NCBI GenBank assembly: GCA_016188265.1
Contig: JACPID010000009.1
Span: forward strand, 1 to 45,009
Source: Candidatus Woesearchaeota archaeon
GTDB taxonomy: Archaea; Nanobdellota; Nanobdellia; Woesearchaeales; ARS49
Reading direction: 5' to 3'
Length of the DNA: 45,009 nt
Position 1 is the first letter of the stretch. Every line of letters begins with the position of its first letter. Positions 25,717-36,489 of this stretch are shown here, one piece after another. The notes under the pieces are model-generated. The model searched no databases, was not told where the DNA came from, and saw only the letters and a list, made by a program, of their open reading frames with translations. Both the position numbers and the translations under genes were made by a program.

Positions 25717-27302
25717 TCTTTTTCAGTACTTGCCTCTTTCACTGTTATTTGTGTTGTTTTGCTTATTTCATAATCATAAACAACAGTTGCCTTAAAGTAC
25801 TTATTTGTAAAAGGCTGTTCTTGAAGTATTTCTTTTGATTTGTCTGTTGCAATTTTAGCTCTAATAATAACTGGTTCTAGTTTGATATTTTTTGGCAATG
25901 CTTCAATTGTTTCTTGTGTTAATTCATATAAATTTTCTTTCCCATCATCACAAAGTTGAGATTCTTCTGCTGGTAAGCTTATGCAAGATTTTTTTTCAAA
26001 ACTAATTTTTCCAGGAGGCAGTGAAATGCTTGTTAGCCCTGTAATTTCAAAAGGTTTTGGCACTATTAAAGAAATTCTGCTTATTTTATTTATTGAGCCT
26101 TCCCAAAGATTTTCTAGACTCATATCAAAATTCATTTTAAAATCTTTTATTGATGGATCTACAGCAACAGGTGATTCTCCTGCTTTAAGAGCCAGCCTTA
26201 GAGGCCCTTTTGTGTACGTTGCAATAAGTTCAGATGGCGCTACCTTATATGTTTGTAATGCGTCTTTTCCTTGTTTTTGCAATGCTCTTAATGCTTCTTT
26301 ATTCATCATAAATGTTCTAATATAAGAAAGTGTTTTAAAATCTTGAATTTTTGCTTTCATGTTTATTTCATGTATTCCAGTGCTAAATTCAGGAGCAAAA
26401 GTGCAGGTTATTTTTTCTTTTATTGGCTGCTCGATACTATATTCAGAGTAAGGAAATATTTCGCTTGCAGGTATGATTTTACCTGTTTTTCTATCTTTTC
26501 CTTCGCAAATAATATTTACATTTATTTCTGTATCAATAACATCAGCTTTTAGTTCTGAAAGTACATTTATTTCATAATCTTTTAAAAATGTTTTTTCTGG
26601 CTCTGGTTTTAATTGTGATAAGAAAACTCCTAATCTTCTTTTAGATTGTTCATCTGTTCTTGCAGCATAAGGATCAATAGCAGTTTGAATACGTCTTGTA
26701 GCAAGCTGATAAATTTGGTTAATGTTAATAGCAAAATAATCATAGAATTTTTCAAAGCCGTATTCTACTTGATCCCATACATTTCTTACAGAAAGCTTGT
26801 GTATTGCACTAACTTGTACTTGTTCAGGCGTTAGGTATTTTGTTGGAGCTACTAAAAAAAGAAGTATTCCCGTCCAACCAATAATATATGCAAAACATAA
26901 AAATTGAGCAACCCACGAAGTTTCAACTTTACTAACAATAACATACCATATCCAAACTGGTGTTGCTACCATTGCTAGCCAAGCTAAAAAAGTTACAATT
27001 CCTCCAAGAAAAGTGTCTAGTCTAAACATAACTGAGTTTATAATAATGGGAATAAAGTATGCAATTAAACTTATAATAATTGCTTTGCCAAATTTATACT
27101 GGAATGTTCCTTTTTCATCTTTCAAAGGCCCAAATGTTACAGCAGTTAATGCCAGAAATAAGTAAAATAAAAACAGCAAAGGCTCAAAAAAAGGAAAATT
27201 ATAATCCCACATTCTTCTCCAAACATCATAAACATGAATTATTAAAGCAAATAAAATAAAGAAACGCAGTCCTAAATCACTATTTTTTTTTCCAGCTGCC
27301 AT
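25713..27302 (-). CDS. Membrane protein with N-terminal TM helices and a large beta-rich extracellular region
   Basis: About 5 hydrophobic segments in the first 155 aa. The C-terminus (KGPL, YDYE...ITVK) loosely resembles the adjacent lipoproteins. Confidence 0.7.
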   Translation of the reverse strand: MAAGKKNSDLGLRFFILFALIIHVYDVWRRMWDYNFPFFEPLLFLFYLFLALTAVTFGPLKDEKGTFQYKFGKAIIISLIAYFIPIIINSVMFRLDTFLGGIVTFLAWLAMVATPVWIWYVIVSKVETSWVAQFLCFAYIIGWTGILLFLVAPTKYLTPEQVQVSAIHKLSVRNVWDQVEYGFEKFYDYFAININQIYQLATRRIQTAIDPYAARTDEQSKRRLGVFLSQLKPEPEKTFLKDYEINVLSELKADVIDTEINVNIICEGKDRKTGKIIPASEIFPYSEYSIEQPIKEKITCTFAPEFSTGIHEINMKAKIQDFKTLSYIRTFMMNKEALRALQKQGKDALQTYKVAPSELIATYTKGPLRLALKAGESPVAVDPSIKDFKMNFDMSLENLWEGSINKISRISLIVPKPFEITGLTSISLPPGKISFEKKSCISLPAEESQLCDDGKENLYELTQETIEALPKNIKLEPVIIRAKIATDKSKEILQEQPFTNKYFKATVVYDYEISKTTQITVKEASTEKE

Positions 27303-27306
27303 ACTT

Positions 27307-28506
27307 TCATTCTACTCTTACTCTTAATTCTCTTACTGTTACTGGTTCTAAAGGAGTTAATTCTAGATAGTTTCTTCCTGGAAGGACAACATCCTGAACT
27401 TCAGGCTCAGCTGTTAATACCCATTTAAATTTAGCTGTTTTCTGATCAATTGTTTTATATCTTCCATTAACATTTATTCTTGCAAGTTTTTGTTCTCCAT
27501 CATCAAAAAAATCAATTTCAACAACTAATTTTTTAAATCTATCAAAAACCAAGTCAGAGTACAATGCATCTGTTACTTCAAAATATTGTATGTATGATTT
27601 TGTTTTCTTTAAATCAAGTTTTAGTTTTAACTCACTTACATCATATGTTCCTTTTTCTCCTTCAAATACAAGAGTATTTCGTCCTTCTCTGAAATCTTTT
27701 TGTTCAAATTGAAGCTGGACAAAATCTCCGCATACAGGAATACCTGAATAAACATTTTCACTGTTTAATCTCATCTTAATATACCCAATCCTTGATTGAT
27801 CGCATGAAATATATAAACGAAGTTTTCCAGATTCAATACTTTTGTATTCAGATTCTGTTAAAGTAAATGGGTTTAATGATGTAAGTTTTTCTATTTCAGA
27901 TACTGTTCCTATAACTTTTAAATCTTCAATTTGGTATTCTTTTTTTTCAAAAAATCCTCCATTTGTTGAGAAAACAAGTTCATTTTCTTCTTTAAGAAGT
28001 TCTTTTGGCAGGTTAATCACCACTGCATGTTGTTTTACTCTTGCATCAAAAACTTCATGATCATTAAGTTCAACATTTAATATTCCATTTCTAAAAAGTG
28101 TTTGAAAACTTGCGCGTAAATTACTTATATCTTCAAGTTTTGGCAGATTAAATGTAACTGTTTTGGTTTTTCTAGTAAACAATGCTTTTTTTACAGTAAA
28201 TGGATTAAACACTCTTAAAACAACATCAGGTTTTGTTTCTTGAAGTAAAAAATTAGGAATTAGTATTTCTTTTTCTTCTGTAGGAACAGTTGCCAAATAA
28301 CCTAGCTCTTCTTTAAGAAGAAGATTTTCTTCAAGAAAAAGCTCCAAAGGTTTTTCTTTTTCAGTGATTTTTTCTTCTAATAATTTTTCACGTTCTTGTG
28401 GCGGAAGAAATACAACATAAAAAATAAGCAGTAAGGTTATTATTCCAATAAGCCATGCTGCGCCTTCTTGATTGGTAAGTACTTTTTTATCAGCCAAAAC
28501 ATTCAC
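27307..28506 (-). CDS. Membrane-anchored beta-rich hypothetical protein
   Basis: One N-terminal TM helix and three loosely repeated units ending ENELVF / RNTLVF / RNYLEL. Confidence 0.7.
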   Translation of the reverse strand: MNVLADKKVLTNQEGAAWLIGIITLLLIFYVVFLPPQEREKLLEEKITEKEKPLELFLEENLLLKEELGYLATVPTEEKEILIPNFLLQETKPDVVLRVFNPFTVKKALFTRKTKTVTFNLPKLEDISNLRASFQTLFRNGILNVELNDHEVFDARVKQHAVVINLPKELLKEENELVFSTNGGFFEKKEYQIEDLKVIGTVSEIEKLTSLNPFTLTESEYKSIESGKLRLYISCDQSRIGYIKMRLNSENVYSGIPVCGDFVQLQFEQKDFREGRNTLVFEGEKGTYDVSELKLKLDLKKTKSYIQYFEVTDALYSDLVFDRFKKLVVEIDFFDDGEQKLARINVNGRYKTIDQKTAKFKWVLTAEPEVQDVVLPGRNYLELTPLEPVTVRELRVRVE

Positions 28507-28573
28507 CTATTTTTTTTACATTTATTATACTTAATACCTAGAGCAAACAATATATAAATGTTTTTCTTTTACC

Positions 28574-28611
28574 TAGTATTTCCAGTTTGTAAACTCACTC
28601 GAAAAATACTA
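28574..28611. repeat. Short REP-like hairpin family B, copy 2
   Basis: TAGTATTTCCAGTTTGTAAACTCACTCGAAAAATACTA. Confidence 0.55.
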
Positions 28612-28641
28612 TTAGAAAATACTATTATTGAGGTTGCATAT

Positions 28642-29688
28642 ATGAAGATTATTTCCCAAGACAGAAAACATGGATTTGTTAGAATTGAACCAGAATCAAT
28701 TGATGATCTTTGGGTATTAAGTACGCTTATTGAAAAAAAAGATATAGTAAAATCACGAACTATAAGAAAAATTAAGGTTACTGAAACAGCCCAAGCGCTA
28801 AAAAAGGCAGTTAACATTAGTATTGAAGTAGATCATGTTGAATTTAATGAAACATCATCAACATTGCGCATAACTGGAGTAATTATTGAAGCTCCTGAAG
28901 ATGTTCCAAAAGGAAGTTTTCATACAATTACAATTGAACTTGGAAATCAGTTTTCTTTAACAAAAAATCAATGGTTGGATTTTCAATGGAAAACTCTTCA
29001 AGAATCAGCGCTAGCGCCACCTCCAAAAATTTTAATTTGTGTTTTTGATCGTGAACAAGCGCTTTTTGCAATACTTCAAAAAAAAGGGCACACACTTTTA
29101 GGAATGATTAAAGGAGAAGTTGAAAAAAAACGCCATCAAGAAAAAATAAAAACAAATTTTTACAAAGAAATAATAAAGAATATTCAAGAATATATTGCTA
29201 GGCATTCAATTGATCATGTTATTGTTGCAAGTCCTGGTTTTTGGAAAGAAGAGCTTAATAAAAATATAACAGATGATTCTTTAAGGAAAAAAATTGTTCA
29301 GGCAACATGTTCTGATGCAAATGAAAATGCTATTAAAGAAATTCTTAAACGTCCTGAGCTTAAAGAAGTTCTTCATATGGACAGAGTTTCAAAGGAATTT
29401 GAAGCTGTTGAAAAAATAATGTCAGAAATATCAAAACAAGGCATTGCAGTTTATGGCTTTAATGATGTTGAGCAAGCAACAGAGCTGGGCGCTGTTGATC
29501 AATTAGTATTAACAGGTGCATTTATTCAAAAGACAAGGCATGAAGAAAAATTCAAAAAACTCGAGTTAATAATGAAATCAGTTGATAAAAAAAAAGGAAG
29601 TATTATGATAATATCCTCTGAGCATGAAGGCGGAAAAAGATTAGATGGAATTGGGGGAATTGCAGCTTTATTAAGGTTTAAAATATGA
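28642..29688 (+). CDS. pelA: Pelota (Dom34) ribosome rescue factor
   Basis: DDLWVL, LRITG, FHTI, ASPGFWKE and GGIAALLRF. GAGGT SD before ATG 28642. Confidence 0.95.
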   Translation: MKIISQDRKHGFVRIEPESIDDLWVLSTLIEKKDIVKSRTIRKIKVTETAQALKKAVNISIEVDHVEFNETSSTLRITGVIIEAPEDVPKGSFHTITIELGNQFSLTKNQWLDFQWKTLQESALAPPPKILICVFDREQALFAILQKKGHTLLGMIKGEVEKKRHQEKIKTNFYKEIIKNIQEYIARHSIDHVIVASPGFWKEELNKNITDDSLRKKIVQATCSDANENAIKEILKRPELKEVLHMDRVSKEFEAVEKIMSEISKQGIAVYGFNDVEQATELGAVDQLVLTGAFIQKTRHEEKFKKLELIMKSVDKKKGSIMIISSEHEGGKRLDGIGGIAALLRFKI

Positions 29689-29903
29689 AATATGTTATAA
29701 ATTAGTATACAAACAAAATGATATATTTTTATTCTCACAAATCTTTAAATATTACTATTTATTTTTTTAGGCTGTAAGAGGGAGAAATAATGGAGAGAGT
29801 CTTTTAATGATAAAACAAAAATCAAAATTTTGTAATACACCAAAACATTTTAATACTAGAACGTTTTATCACTACCAAAAGAAAAAAGAGGGGATGATTA
29901 TTC

Positions 29904-30707
29904 ATGCTAGTTAAAGATGAGCTTTTAGCTAAACTTAGGCGTTACTTTAATTTAAACTTATATGAAGTTAAAGTTTGGGCAGCATTGCTTGCACGTGGTG
30001 TTGCAACTGCTGGTGAATTAAGTGATATTGCTAATGTTCCTCGTTCTAGAAGTTATGATGTTTTAGAAAGCCTTGAAAGAAAAGGTTTTGTTGTTTTAAA
30101 ACTTGGAAAACCAATAAGATACCTTGCTGTTCCACCGCATGAAGTTGTTGAACGTGTTAAGAAAAACATGAAGGAAGAAGCTGAAGACCGTGTTAAACGT
30201 CTTGAAGAATTAAAAAAAACAGAGGTAATTTCTGAACTAAATTCTTTACACAAACAAGGTATAGATTTAGTTGATCCAGCAGATTTAAGTGGAAGTTTGC
30301 GTGGAAGGCACAATCTTTATTCACATTTAGATTTAAGTTTGCGAAATGCACAAAAAAGTGTTACTCTTGTAACAACAACCCCTGGTTTATTAAGAAAAAT
30401 TGACAGCCTCAAACCAACTCTTGAAAAAATTCAAAAAAGAGGCGTGAAAATACGCATTGCAGCGCCACTTACCAAAGAAGTAAAAGAAGCTGTAAAATCA
30501 TTAAAAGGTGTTGCAGAAATTCGGCACACTGATCTAAAAGCACGTTTTTGTGTTGTTGACGGCAAAGAAGTTGTTTTTATGGTGCTTGACGATAAAGAGG
30601 TTCATCCAACATATGATGTTGGTGTTTGGATTAATACTCCTTTTTTTGCAAATACACTTGAGACATTGTTTGATTCTTCATGGAAAACCATGAAGCAGTT
30701 AAGATAA
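29904..30707 (+). CDS. TrmB-family regulator (paralog 2)
   Basis: LNLYEVK, VPRSRSYDVLESLERKG and VHPTYDVGVW. Confidence 0.9.
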   Translation: MLVKDELLAKLRRYFNLNLYEVKVWAALLARGVATAGELSDIANVPRSRSYDVLESLERKGFVVLKLGKPIRYLAVPPHEVVERVKKNMKEEAEDRVKRLEELKKTEVISELNSLHKQGIDLVDPADLSGSLRGRHNLYSHLDLSLRNAQKSVTLVTTTPGLLRKIDSLKPTLEKIQKRGVKIRIAAPLTKEVKEAVKSLKGVAEIRHTDLKARFCVVDGKEVVFMVLDDKEVHPTYDVGVWINTPFFANTLETLFDSSWKTMKQLR

Positions 30708-30908
30708 GAAAAACACAAAATTAAGTTATAGAAATAGTTTGCCTTTTGTTGTATGGACGATCAAACTGGCAAGATATTTTATCAAACATCAGTTTAAAGT
30801 TGAATATGTAACGATGCAAGTCCATAGGATTATTAAGGATTTAGATTTGTCCTAGTCAAAAACTATGTGTATTCGGAGCATTATTTGATGGAAAAACAAT
30901 TTTACTAA

Positions 30909-30947
30909 TAGTATTTCCTGAGTGAACAAAGTGAACTCGGAAATACT
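30909..30947. repeat. Short REP-like hairpin family B, copy 3 (inverted)
   Basis: TAGTATTTCCTGAGTGAACAAAGTGAACTCGGAAATACT, close to the reverse complement of 20315-20355. Confidence 0.7.
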
Positions 30948-30994
30948 GAGATAACCGTTATATTTTTAACTTCTTACTTCTTTTTATTGTTGAT

Positions 30995-32527
30995 ATGGTT
31001 GATATTGTTGATATTAATATTAAGAAACTTGCAGAAAGTTTATCTCCGCTTGAGAGAAAAGTATTGCCTTATATTCAGAAATATAAATTTCCTGAAGAAC
31101 TAGCAATTGTTTCAGGGCTTAAAGAAGTAGAAGTTGTGCGAGCTTTACAATGGTTGCAGAATAAGCAAATTATACAATTACAAATCGAGCTTAAAGAGCT
31201 TATTTTTCTTGAGGAAAATGGAAAAGAATATGTTAGAATTGGTTTGCCTGAAACAAGATTTATTAAAGCTCTTGAAAAAAGCCAAAAGTCATTATCTCAG
31301 CTTCAAGATGAGTTATCAAAAGAAGAAATTAATAGTTGTATAGGGGTTCTTAGGTCAAAAAATATTTTAGAAATTAAAAAAGATAAAGAATTAGTTTTTT
31401 CACTAACAAAACAAGGTGTGGAGTGGCTTAAAAAAGATCTTCCAGAAGAAAAATTCCTTGCCAAAGAATTTCCCGTAGATAATGCTTCTTTATCAAGTGA
31501 GGAAAAAGAGGTTCTTGAATCATTAAAAAAAAGAAAGCAAATAGTTTCTGTTGTTCTCAAAAAAATAAAAAAAGCATCATTAACACCAGTAGGAGAAAAC
31601 CTTTTACAACAAAAAATCGAAGATAATGTGATTGAACGTTTAACACCTCAAATATTGAGAGATTCTTCCTGGAAGAAAAAATCATTTAGAAGATATGATG
31701 TTTCAATTAATGTTCCTCAAATTCACGGAGGAAAATTACAAGTTTACCGTAAATTTTTAGATGGTGTTAGAAAAAAATTTCAAACTTTAGGTTTTCAAGA
31801 AATGAATGGCCCTTTAGTTGAATCTGATTTTTGGGACATGGATGCATTATTCATGCCTCAATTTCATTCAGCAAGAGATATTCATGAAGCGTACTACATA
31901 AAAGAACCAAAATTCACAGAGATTGATCCTAAAATAATTAAGCATGTCAAAGAAGTCCATGAAAATGGCAGTTCAACAGGAAGTAAAGGTTGGAGATATC
32001 AATTTGATGTTCAAAGAACAAAACGTTTGCTTTTACGCACACAAGGAACTGCGTGTTCTTCAAGAATGTTGGCAAATCCAAATTTGCAAATTCCTGGAAA
32101 ATATTTTGGAATTACTCGTTGTTTTAGATATGATGTTATTGATGCAACACATTTGCCTGATTTTAATCAAGTTGAAGGTATAGTTATTGAAGAAGGGCTT
32201 ACTATTAAGCACTTATTTGGATTATTAAAAATGTTTGCTAAAGAATTTGCAAATACTGAAGATGTTCGTATTGTTCCGGGTTATTTTCCATTTACAGAAC
32301 CAAGTGCAGAATTATTTGCAAAACATCCTGACTTGGGCTGGGTTGAACTTGGTGGTGCAGGAATGTTTAGGCCTGAAGTTGTAACACCTCTTTTAGGTAA
32401 ATATGTTCCTGTACTTGCATGGGGCCTTGGTGTTGATCGTTTGGGAATGTTTAATCTTGAGATTAAAGATATTCGTAACTTATTTAGCCATGATCTTGAA
32501 TTTTTACGTGAATCGAGGATTATATAA
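30995..32527 (+). CDS. pheS: Phenylalanyl-tRNA synthetase alpha
   Basis: LFMPQFHSARD, LLRTQGT, FRYDVIDATH, YFPFTEPS and AWGLGVDRL. Confidence 0.97.
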   Translation: MVDIVDINIKKLAESLSPLERKVLPYIQKYKFPEELAIVSGLKEVEVVRALQWLQNKQIIQLQIELKELIFLEENGKEYVRIGLPETRFIKALEKSQKSLSQLQDELSKEEINSCIGVLRSKNILEIKKDKELVFSLTKQGVEWLKKDLPEEKFLAKEFPVDNASLSSEEKEVLESLKKRKQIVSVVLKKIKKASLTPVGENLLQQKIEDNVIERLTPQILRDSSWKKKSFRRYDVSINVPQIHGGKLQVYRKFLDGVRKKFQTLGFQEMNGPLVESDFWDMDALFMPQFHSARDIHEAYYIKEPKFTEIDPKIIKHVKEVHENGSSTGSKGWRYQFDVQRTKRLLLRTQGTACSSRMLANPNLQIPGKYFGITRCFRYDVIDATHLPDFNQVEGIVIEEGLTIKHLFGLLKMFAKEFANTEDVRIVPGYFPFTEPSAELFAKHPDLGWVELGGAGMFRPEVVTPLLGKYVPVLAWGLGVDRLGMFNLEIKDIRNLFSHDLEFLRESRII

Positions 32528-34173
32528 TGCCAACAGTACAATTTAAAATTAAAGATTTGAATCAATTTATGAAATCTAAACTTTCTTTAAAAGAAATTAA
32601 AGAACTTCTTCCTTATGCAAAAGCAGAATTTGAAAAACAAGATGGTGATGAAATTTCTATTAAATATAATGATACTAATCAACCTTATTTATGGAGTCTC
32701 GAGGGTTTGGCTAGATTTTTTCAAGGAATTAAAGAAGAAGCAAAAGGAGTTCCTAAAATATTGCTTAAAAAGTCTAAAGAAGAAGTTATTGTTGACAAAT
32801 CTGTAAATTCAGTGCGTCCTTTTATAGCATGCTTTATTGCAAAAGGAAAACCTATTTCAGAAGATGCATTAAAACAACTCATTCAATTACAAGAAAAAAT
32901 TTGTGATAATTATGGCAGAAGAAGGCAGAAAATTGCAATAGGAATTTATCCAAGTAAAAAAATAACTTTTCCAGTAGTATACAAAGCTGTTGATCCGAAA
33001 AGTGTTTCATTTATTCCTCTGGAATTCACAAAGCCGCATTTACTTGATAAAATTCTTGAAGAACATCCTAAAGGTAAAGAGTATGCTTGGATTTTGAAAG
33101 ATTTTAAAAAATATCCTGTTTTAGTTGATGCACATAATCATGTACTTTCTTTTCCCCCCATTATAAATTCTAATGATTTGGGTAAAGTTGAACTAGGAGA
33201 AACTGAATTGTTTTTTGAAGCCACAGGAACAGATCTTCAATCAGTGCTGCTGGCATGTTCTATTTTTTCATATGCGTTATATGACCGCGGGTATGGTATT
33301 TTAGCTATAAAAATTAAGTATCCTGATAAAAGCATAGTAACGCCTGAATTAAAACCTGAAACAATTAAAATTAGAAAAGAAGATATTCAAACTTTGTTAG
33401 GTATTTCTCTTAAAGATTCTGAAATTAAGCATTTACTTGAAAAAGCAAGATATGGTTATTCAAATAATGTTGTTTCTGTTCCGCCATATCGTCAAGATAT
33501 AATGCATGTTGTGGATGTAATTGAAGATGTTGCAATAATGTTTGGTTATGATAAAATAGAACCAGAACCATTGCGTACTCAAACAAGAGGGGATACATTT
33601 CCTATAATTGAAATTATAGATTCTGCCAGAGAATTGCTTGTTGGTCTAGGTTATCAAGAAATTTGGTCTGCAATTCTTTCTAATAAAAAAACTTTATATG
33701 ATAATATGCAATTAAAGGATTTTGGAACAGTTGAAATATCTGAATATTTATCAGAAAATTTTTCTGTTGTAAGAAGCTGGCTTTTGCCGATAGTATTAGA
33801 ATTTTTATCTAAAAACAAGCATGTTGATTTTCCTCAAAAAGTTTTTGAGCAAGGAACTATTTCCAGAAAATCCGGACAAGCAATCAATGATCGCGAGTTT
33901 GTTTCATTTGCTTCATCTCATGCAAATGCAGACTTTACTGAAATTAAGCAAGCAGTAGATTTTATTATGAGATCTTTGCATATGGATTATGTTATTAAAG
34001 ATACAACTCATTCAAGTTTTATTCAAGGAAGAGTTGGTGAAATTATTGTTCATGATAAAAAAATAGGGGTTGTTGGAGAAATTCATCCTAAGGTGCTTAA
34101 TGCATGGGGCTTAGAGATGCCTGTTGCAGCATGTGAAATTGATATTAGTGAATTATTTAATTTAAAAGAGTAA
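32527..34173 (+). CDS. pheT: Phenylalanyl-tRNA synthetase beta
   Basis: VRPFI, LSFPPIINS, PPYRQDIMHVVDVIEDVAI and GEIHP. Confidence 0.97.
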   Translation: MPTVQFKIKDLNQFMKSKLSLKEIKELLPYAKAEFEKQDGDEISIKYNDTNQPYLWSLEGLARFFQGIKEEAKGVPKILLKKSKEEVIVDKSVNSVRPFIACFIAKGKPISEDALKQLIQLQEKICDNYGRRRQKIAIGIYPSKKITFPVVYKAVDPKSVSFIPLEFTKPHLLDKILEEHPKGKEYAWILKDFKKYPVLVDAHNHVLSFPPIINSNDLGKVELGETELFFEATGTDLQSVLLACSIFSYALYDRGYGILAIKIKYPDKSIVTPELKPETIKIRKEDIQTLLGISLKDSEIKHLLEKARYGYSNNVVSVPPYRQDIMHVVDVIEDVAIMFGYDKIEPEPLRTQTRGDTFPIIEIIDSARELLVGLGYQEIWSAILSNKKTLYDNMQLKDFGTVEISEYLSENFSVVRSWLLPIVLEFLSKNKHVDFPQKVFEQGTISRKSGQAINDREFVSFASSHANADFTEIKQAVDFIMRSLHMDYVIKDTTHSSFIQGRVGEIIVHDKKIGVVGEIHPKVLNAWGLEMPVAACEIDISELFNLKE

Positions 34174-34194
34174 TTAAAACCTATAGGAAATAAC

Positions 34195-34512
34195 TCAACT
34201 TTTTTTTACTATTTTTACAGGTTTTTCTTTTCTTTTATGCATTTGCTTTTTTCTAGGCTCAACTTTTTTAGGTTTTGTTTGTCTTACAGAAATTCCTAGT
34301 TTTGAAAGTACTTTTACAACTTCTTCATGTGATGCATTTTTTTTAATATCAACACTATCTTTGGTAGGCTCTAAGTGAAGAATATTTGTTTTTCTTCTTC
34401 TTGTTGCTCCATCAATAAGGACAAATTTATCATCTAAAACATCAATAACAACACATTTTTTGCCAGCATCTCTGCCAGCAATTTTAACACAAATTCTTCC
34501 AATGTTTATCAT
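34195..34512 (-). CDS. rpl14e: 50S ribosomal protein L14e
   Basis: IGRICVKIAGRDAGKKCVVID...RRRKTNILHLEP. Confidence 0.95.
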   Translation of the reverse strand: MINIGRICVKIAGRDAGKKCVVIDVLDDKFVLIDGATRRRKTNILHLEPTKDSVDIKKNASHEEVVKVLSKLGISVRQTKPKKVEPRKKQMHKRKEKPVKIVKKS

Positions 34513-34568
34513 TTTTTTTTAGTCCTCCAATCTCATTATTTTTGAGGCTGTCACCAGCAACTCTGAGA

Positions 34569-34832
34569 TTATCTTATTTTACTAATAATTAATTTACGCA
34601 TGCATTTTGAGCATAAATTTCCACCATACGGTCTTTCAGGTCTTTTTTTTGTTTTTGATAAATTCTTCATTTTAAATGGCCTTAATCTGGGTATTCCATG
34701 GAGTTCGTTTTTACATACTCTGCATTTTGCTTTGCCAGGATTTCTTTTTTTATAGTGAATTACAAGCCTATTTCCTGGTGTGCGTACATATACTCTTCTG
34801 AATGTTCTTGATTTTTGTTTTGATGGCCGCAT
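34569..34832 (-). CDS. rpl34e: 50S ribosomal protein L34e
   Basis: RTPG, AKCRVC and RPERPYGGNLCSKC. Confidence 0.95.
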   Translation of the reverse strand: MRPSKQKSRTFRRVYVRTPGNRLVIHYKKRNPGKAKCRVCKNELHGIPRLRPFKMKNLSKTKKRPERPYGGNLCSKCMRKLIISKIR

Positions 34833-34918
34833 AAAATGTTAGAAATAACTGAAGGTTTTTAAACCTTTTTAAAATAAGAGAACGTGCAGCTGTTGGAGAT
34901 ATATAAGGCTTTGGAGAA

Positions 34919-35233
34919 CTATGCTGCACGTTCTTGTTTGATAAGTGTAAAATCAAATGTTTTATTAAATGAAACCTTAAGTTCTTCGCCGACAAAATCT
35001 CTTAATTCTTTACAATAACAGTATGCGCAAATTCTAAGTTTATTATTACATGAAATACAGTGAACATTTATTTTTTGCAATTCTGATACAAGCTTATTCA
35101 TATCTCGAATAATAGGTACAAGCAATTGATTTTTTTCACTAAGCCATTGTACAACTTCTTCTGTTAAACATTGGTTGCATAATGGATTTGTTATTGATTC
35201 ACCACACATATGGCATATGGACACTTGTTTCAC
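34919..35233 (-). CDS. Small Cys-rich putative zinc-binding protein
   Basis: Four CxxC pairs (CHMC, CNQC, CISC, CAYC). GTG start. Confidence 0.7.
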   Translation of the reverse strand: MKQVSICHMCGESITNPLCNQCLTEEVVQWLSEKNQLLVPIIRDMNKLVSELQKINVHCISCNNKLRICAYCYCKELRDFVGEELKVSFNKTFDFTLIKQERAA

Positions 35234-35540
35234 CTCACTTATGATGTTTAGCTGAACTTGTTTACTTTACTGGTTTGCAACAAGGTCCTCGATTAAGAAA
35301 TTGTTTTTACTTACCAAGAACCCTTGATGCGTTAATGTTTTGGGTTCTCAGCAGTTATACTTAAAAATAATAATATTATTTATTGTGCACTCTACTACTG
35401 AGAAATAATTGTTTTTATACACAGGTAAGTGCATCATATCTTATCATCATAACTTGATATATAAAAATGTTGTGTTTTTTGAGATTAGTAAGTGTAAAAT
35501 CCGAAAAATGTTTAAACTCCTAAGTTGATTATTATCATAA

Positions 35541-36485
35541 ATGGCTATAGAAGCATTTTTGTTTAATGCAGGCATTATTTTAATAAGTTTAATAATTATT
35601 ATTTTAAGTGCAGATTACATTCTTGAAAGTATTGTACATTATGCAAGACGTTTGGGATTAAGCGATGCAATCATAGGATTAGTTGTAATATCACTTGCAG
35701 CATCTTTGCCTGAAATTATCGCTGCATTAACTGGATTATTTGCAGGAGATATTGGAATAACAACAGGAACCTTAATCGGAACAAATATGGTGCATTTAGC
35801 GTTTGTAACAGGGCTAATAGCTATTTTAGGAAGAAAAGTAAAATTATCTTTTGAAATTTTTGAGAATACAAAATTACTAATCTGGAGCTTGATTTTACTG
35901 CCATTTATTCTAATGAGTGATGGAGAATTAACAAGGCCTGATGGTTTATTGCTTATTGCAGCATTTTTCTTTTACATGATAACATTGTGGGAACGTGAAG
36001 GAAGTCTTGGAAAAATAAAAAAAAATGTAAGTTTAAGGACTATTGGAAAAGATATACTTATATTTAGCGGGTGTTTTTTATCGCTTCTTTTAGCAGGTCA
36101 ATTACTTGTTTATGGTGCAATAAATATTTCAAATTTATTATCTGTTCCTACATTTTTAATTGCAATTATAGTAATTGGAATTGGAAGTGCACTTCCAGAT
36201 TTTATTGTAAGTATTAAATCATTACGTAAATCTCATCAAGAAATAGGCTTAGGTGAAGTAATAGGGTCGACACTTTTAGAATTTCTATTTTTTCTAGGAT
36301 TAATTGCATTATTTCATCCATTGAAAGTAGATGTTTTAGGAGCATTTATTGCAGGAATATTTTTAGTTGGTTGCATGACTTTTCTGTTTTTATCAATCCA
36401 TAATCAAAAGCTTACTTGGAAACATGGAATTGTATTGCTTACAGCTTATTTTCTTTTTTTAGTGCTACAAGTTTTAGTATTGTAG
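35541..36485 (+). CDS. Na+/Ca2+ exchanger (CaCA/YrbG) family antiporter
   Basis: About 10 TM segments. Alpha-repeat variants AASLPE...GTN and GSALPD...GS. Confidence 0.88.
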   Translation: MAIEAFLFNAGIILISLIIIILSADYILESIVHYARRLGLSDAIIGLVVISLAASLPEIIAALTGLFAGDIGITTGTLIGTNMVHLAFVTGLIAILGRKVKLSFEIFENTKLLIWSLILLPFILMSDGELTRPDGLLLIAAFFFYMITLWEREGSLGKIKKNVSLRTIGKDILIFSGCFLSLLLAGQLLVYGAINISNLLSVPTFLIAIIVIGIGSALPDFIVSIKSLRKSHQEIGLGEVIGSTLLEFLFFLGLIALFHPLKVDVLGAFIAGIFLVGCMTFLFLSIHNQKLTWKHGIVLLTAYFLFLVLQVLVL

Positions 36486-36489
36486 ATTA

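Noticed and set aside
35234..35540. Intergenic hairpin AGAACCC...GGGTTCT as a known ncRNA (SRP, RNase P, tRNA)
   Set aside because: No diagnostic motifs. A single 7-bp stem is insufficient.
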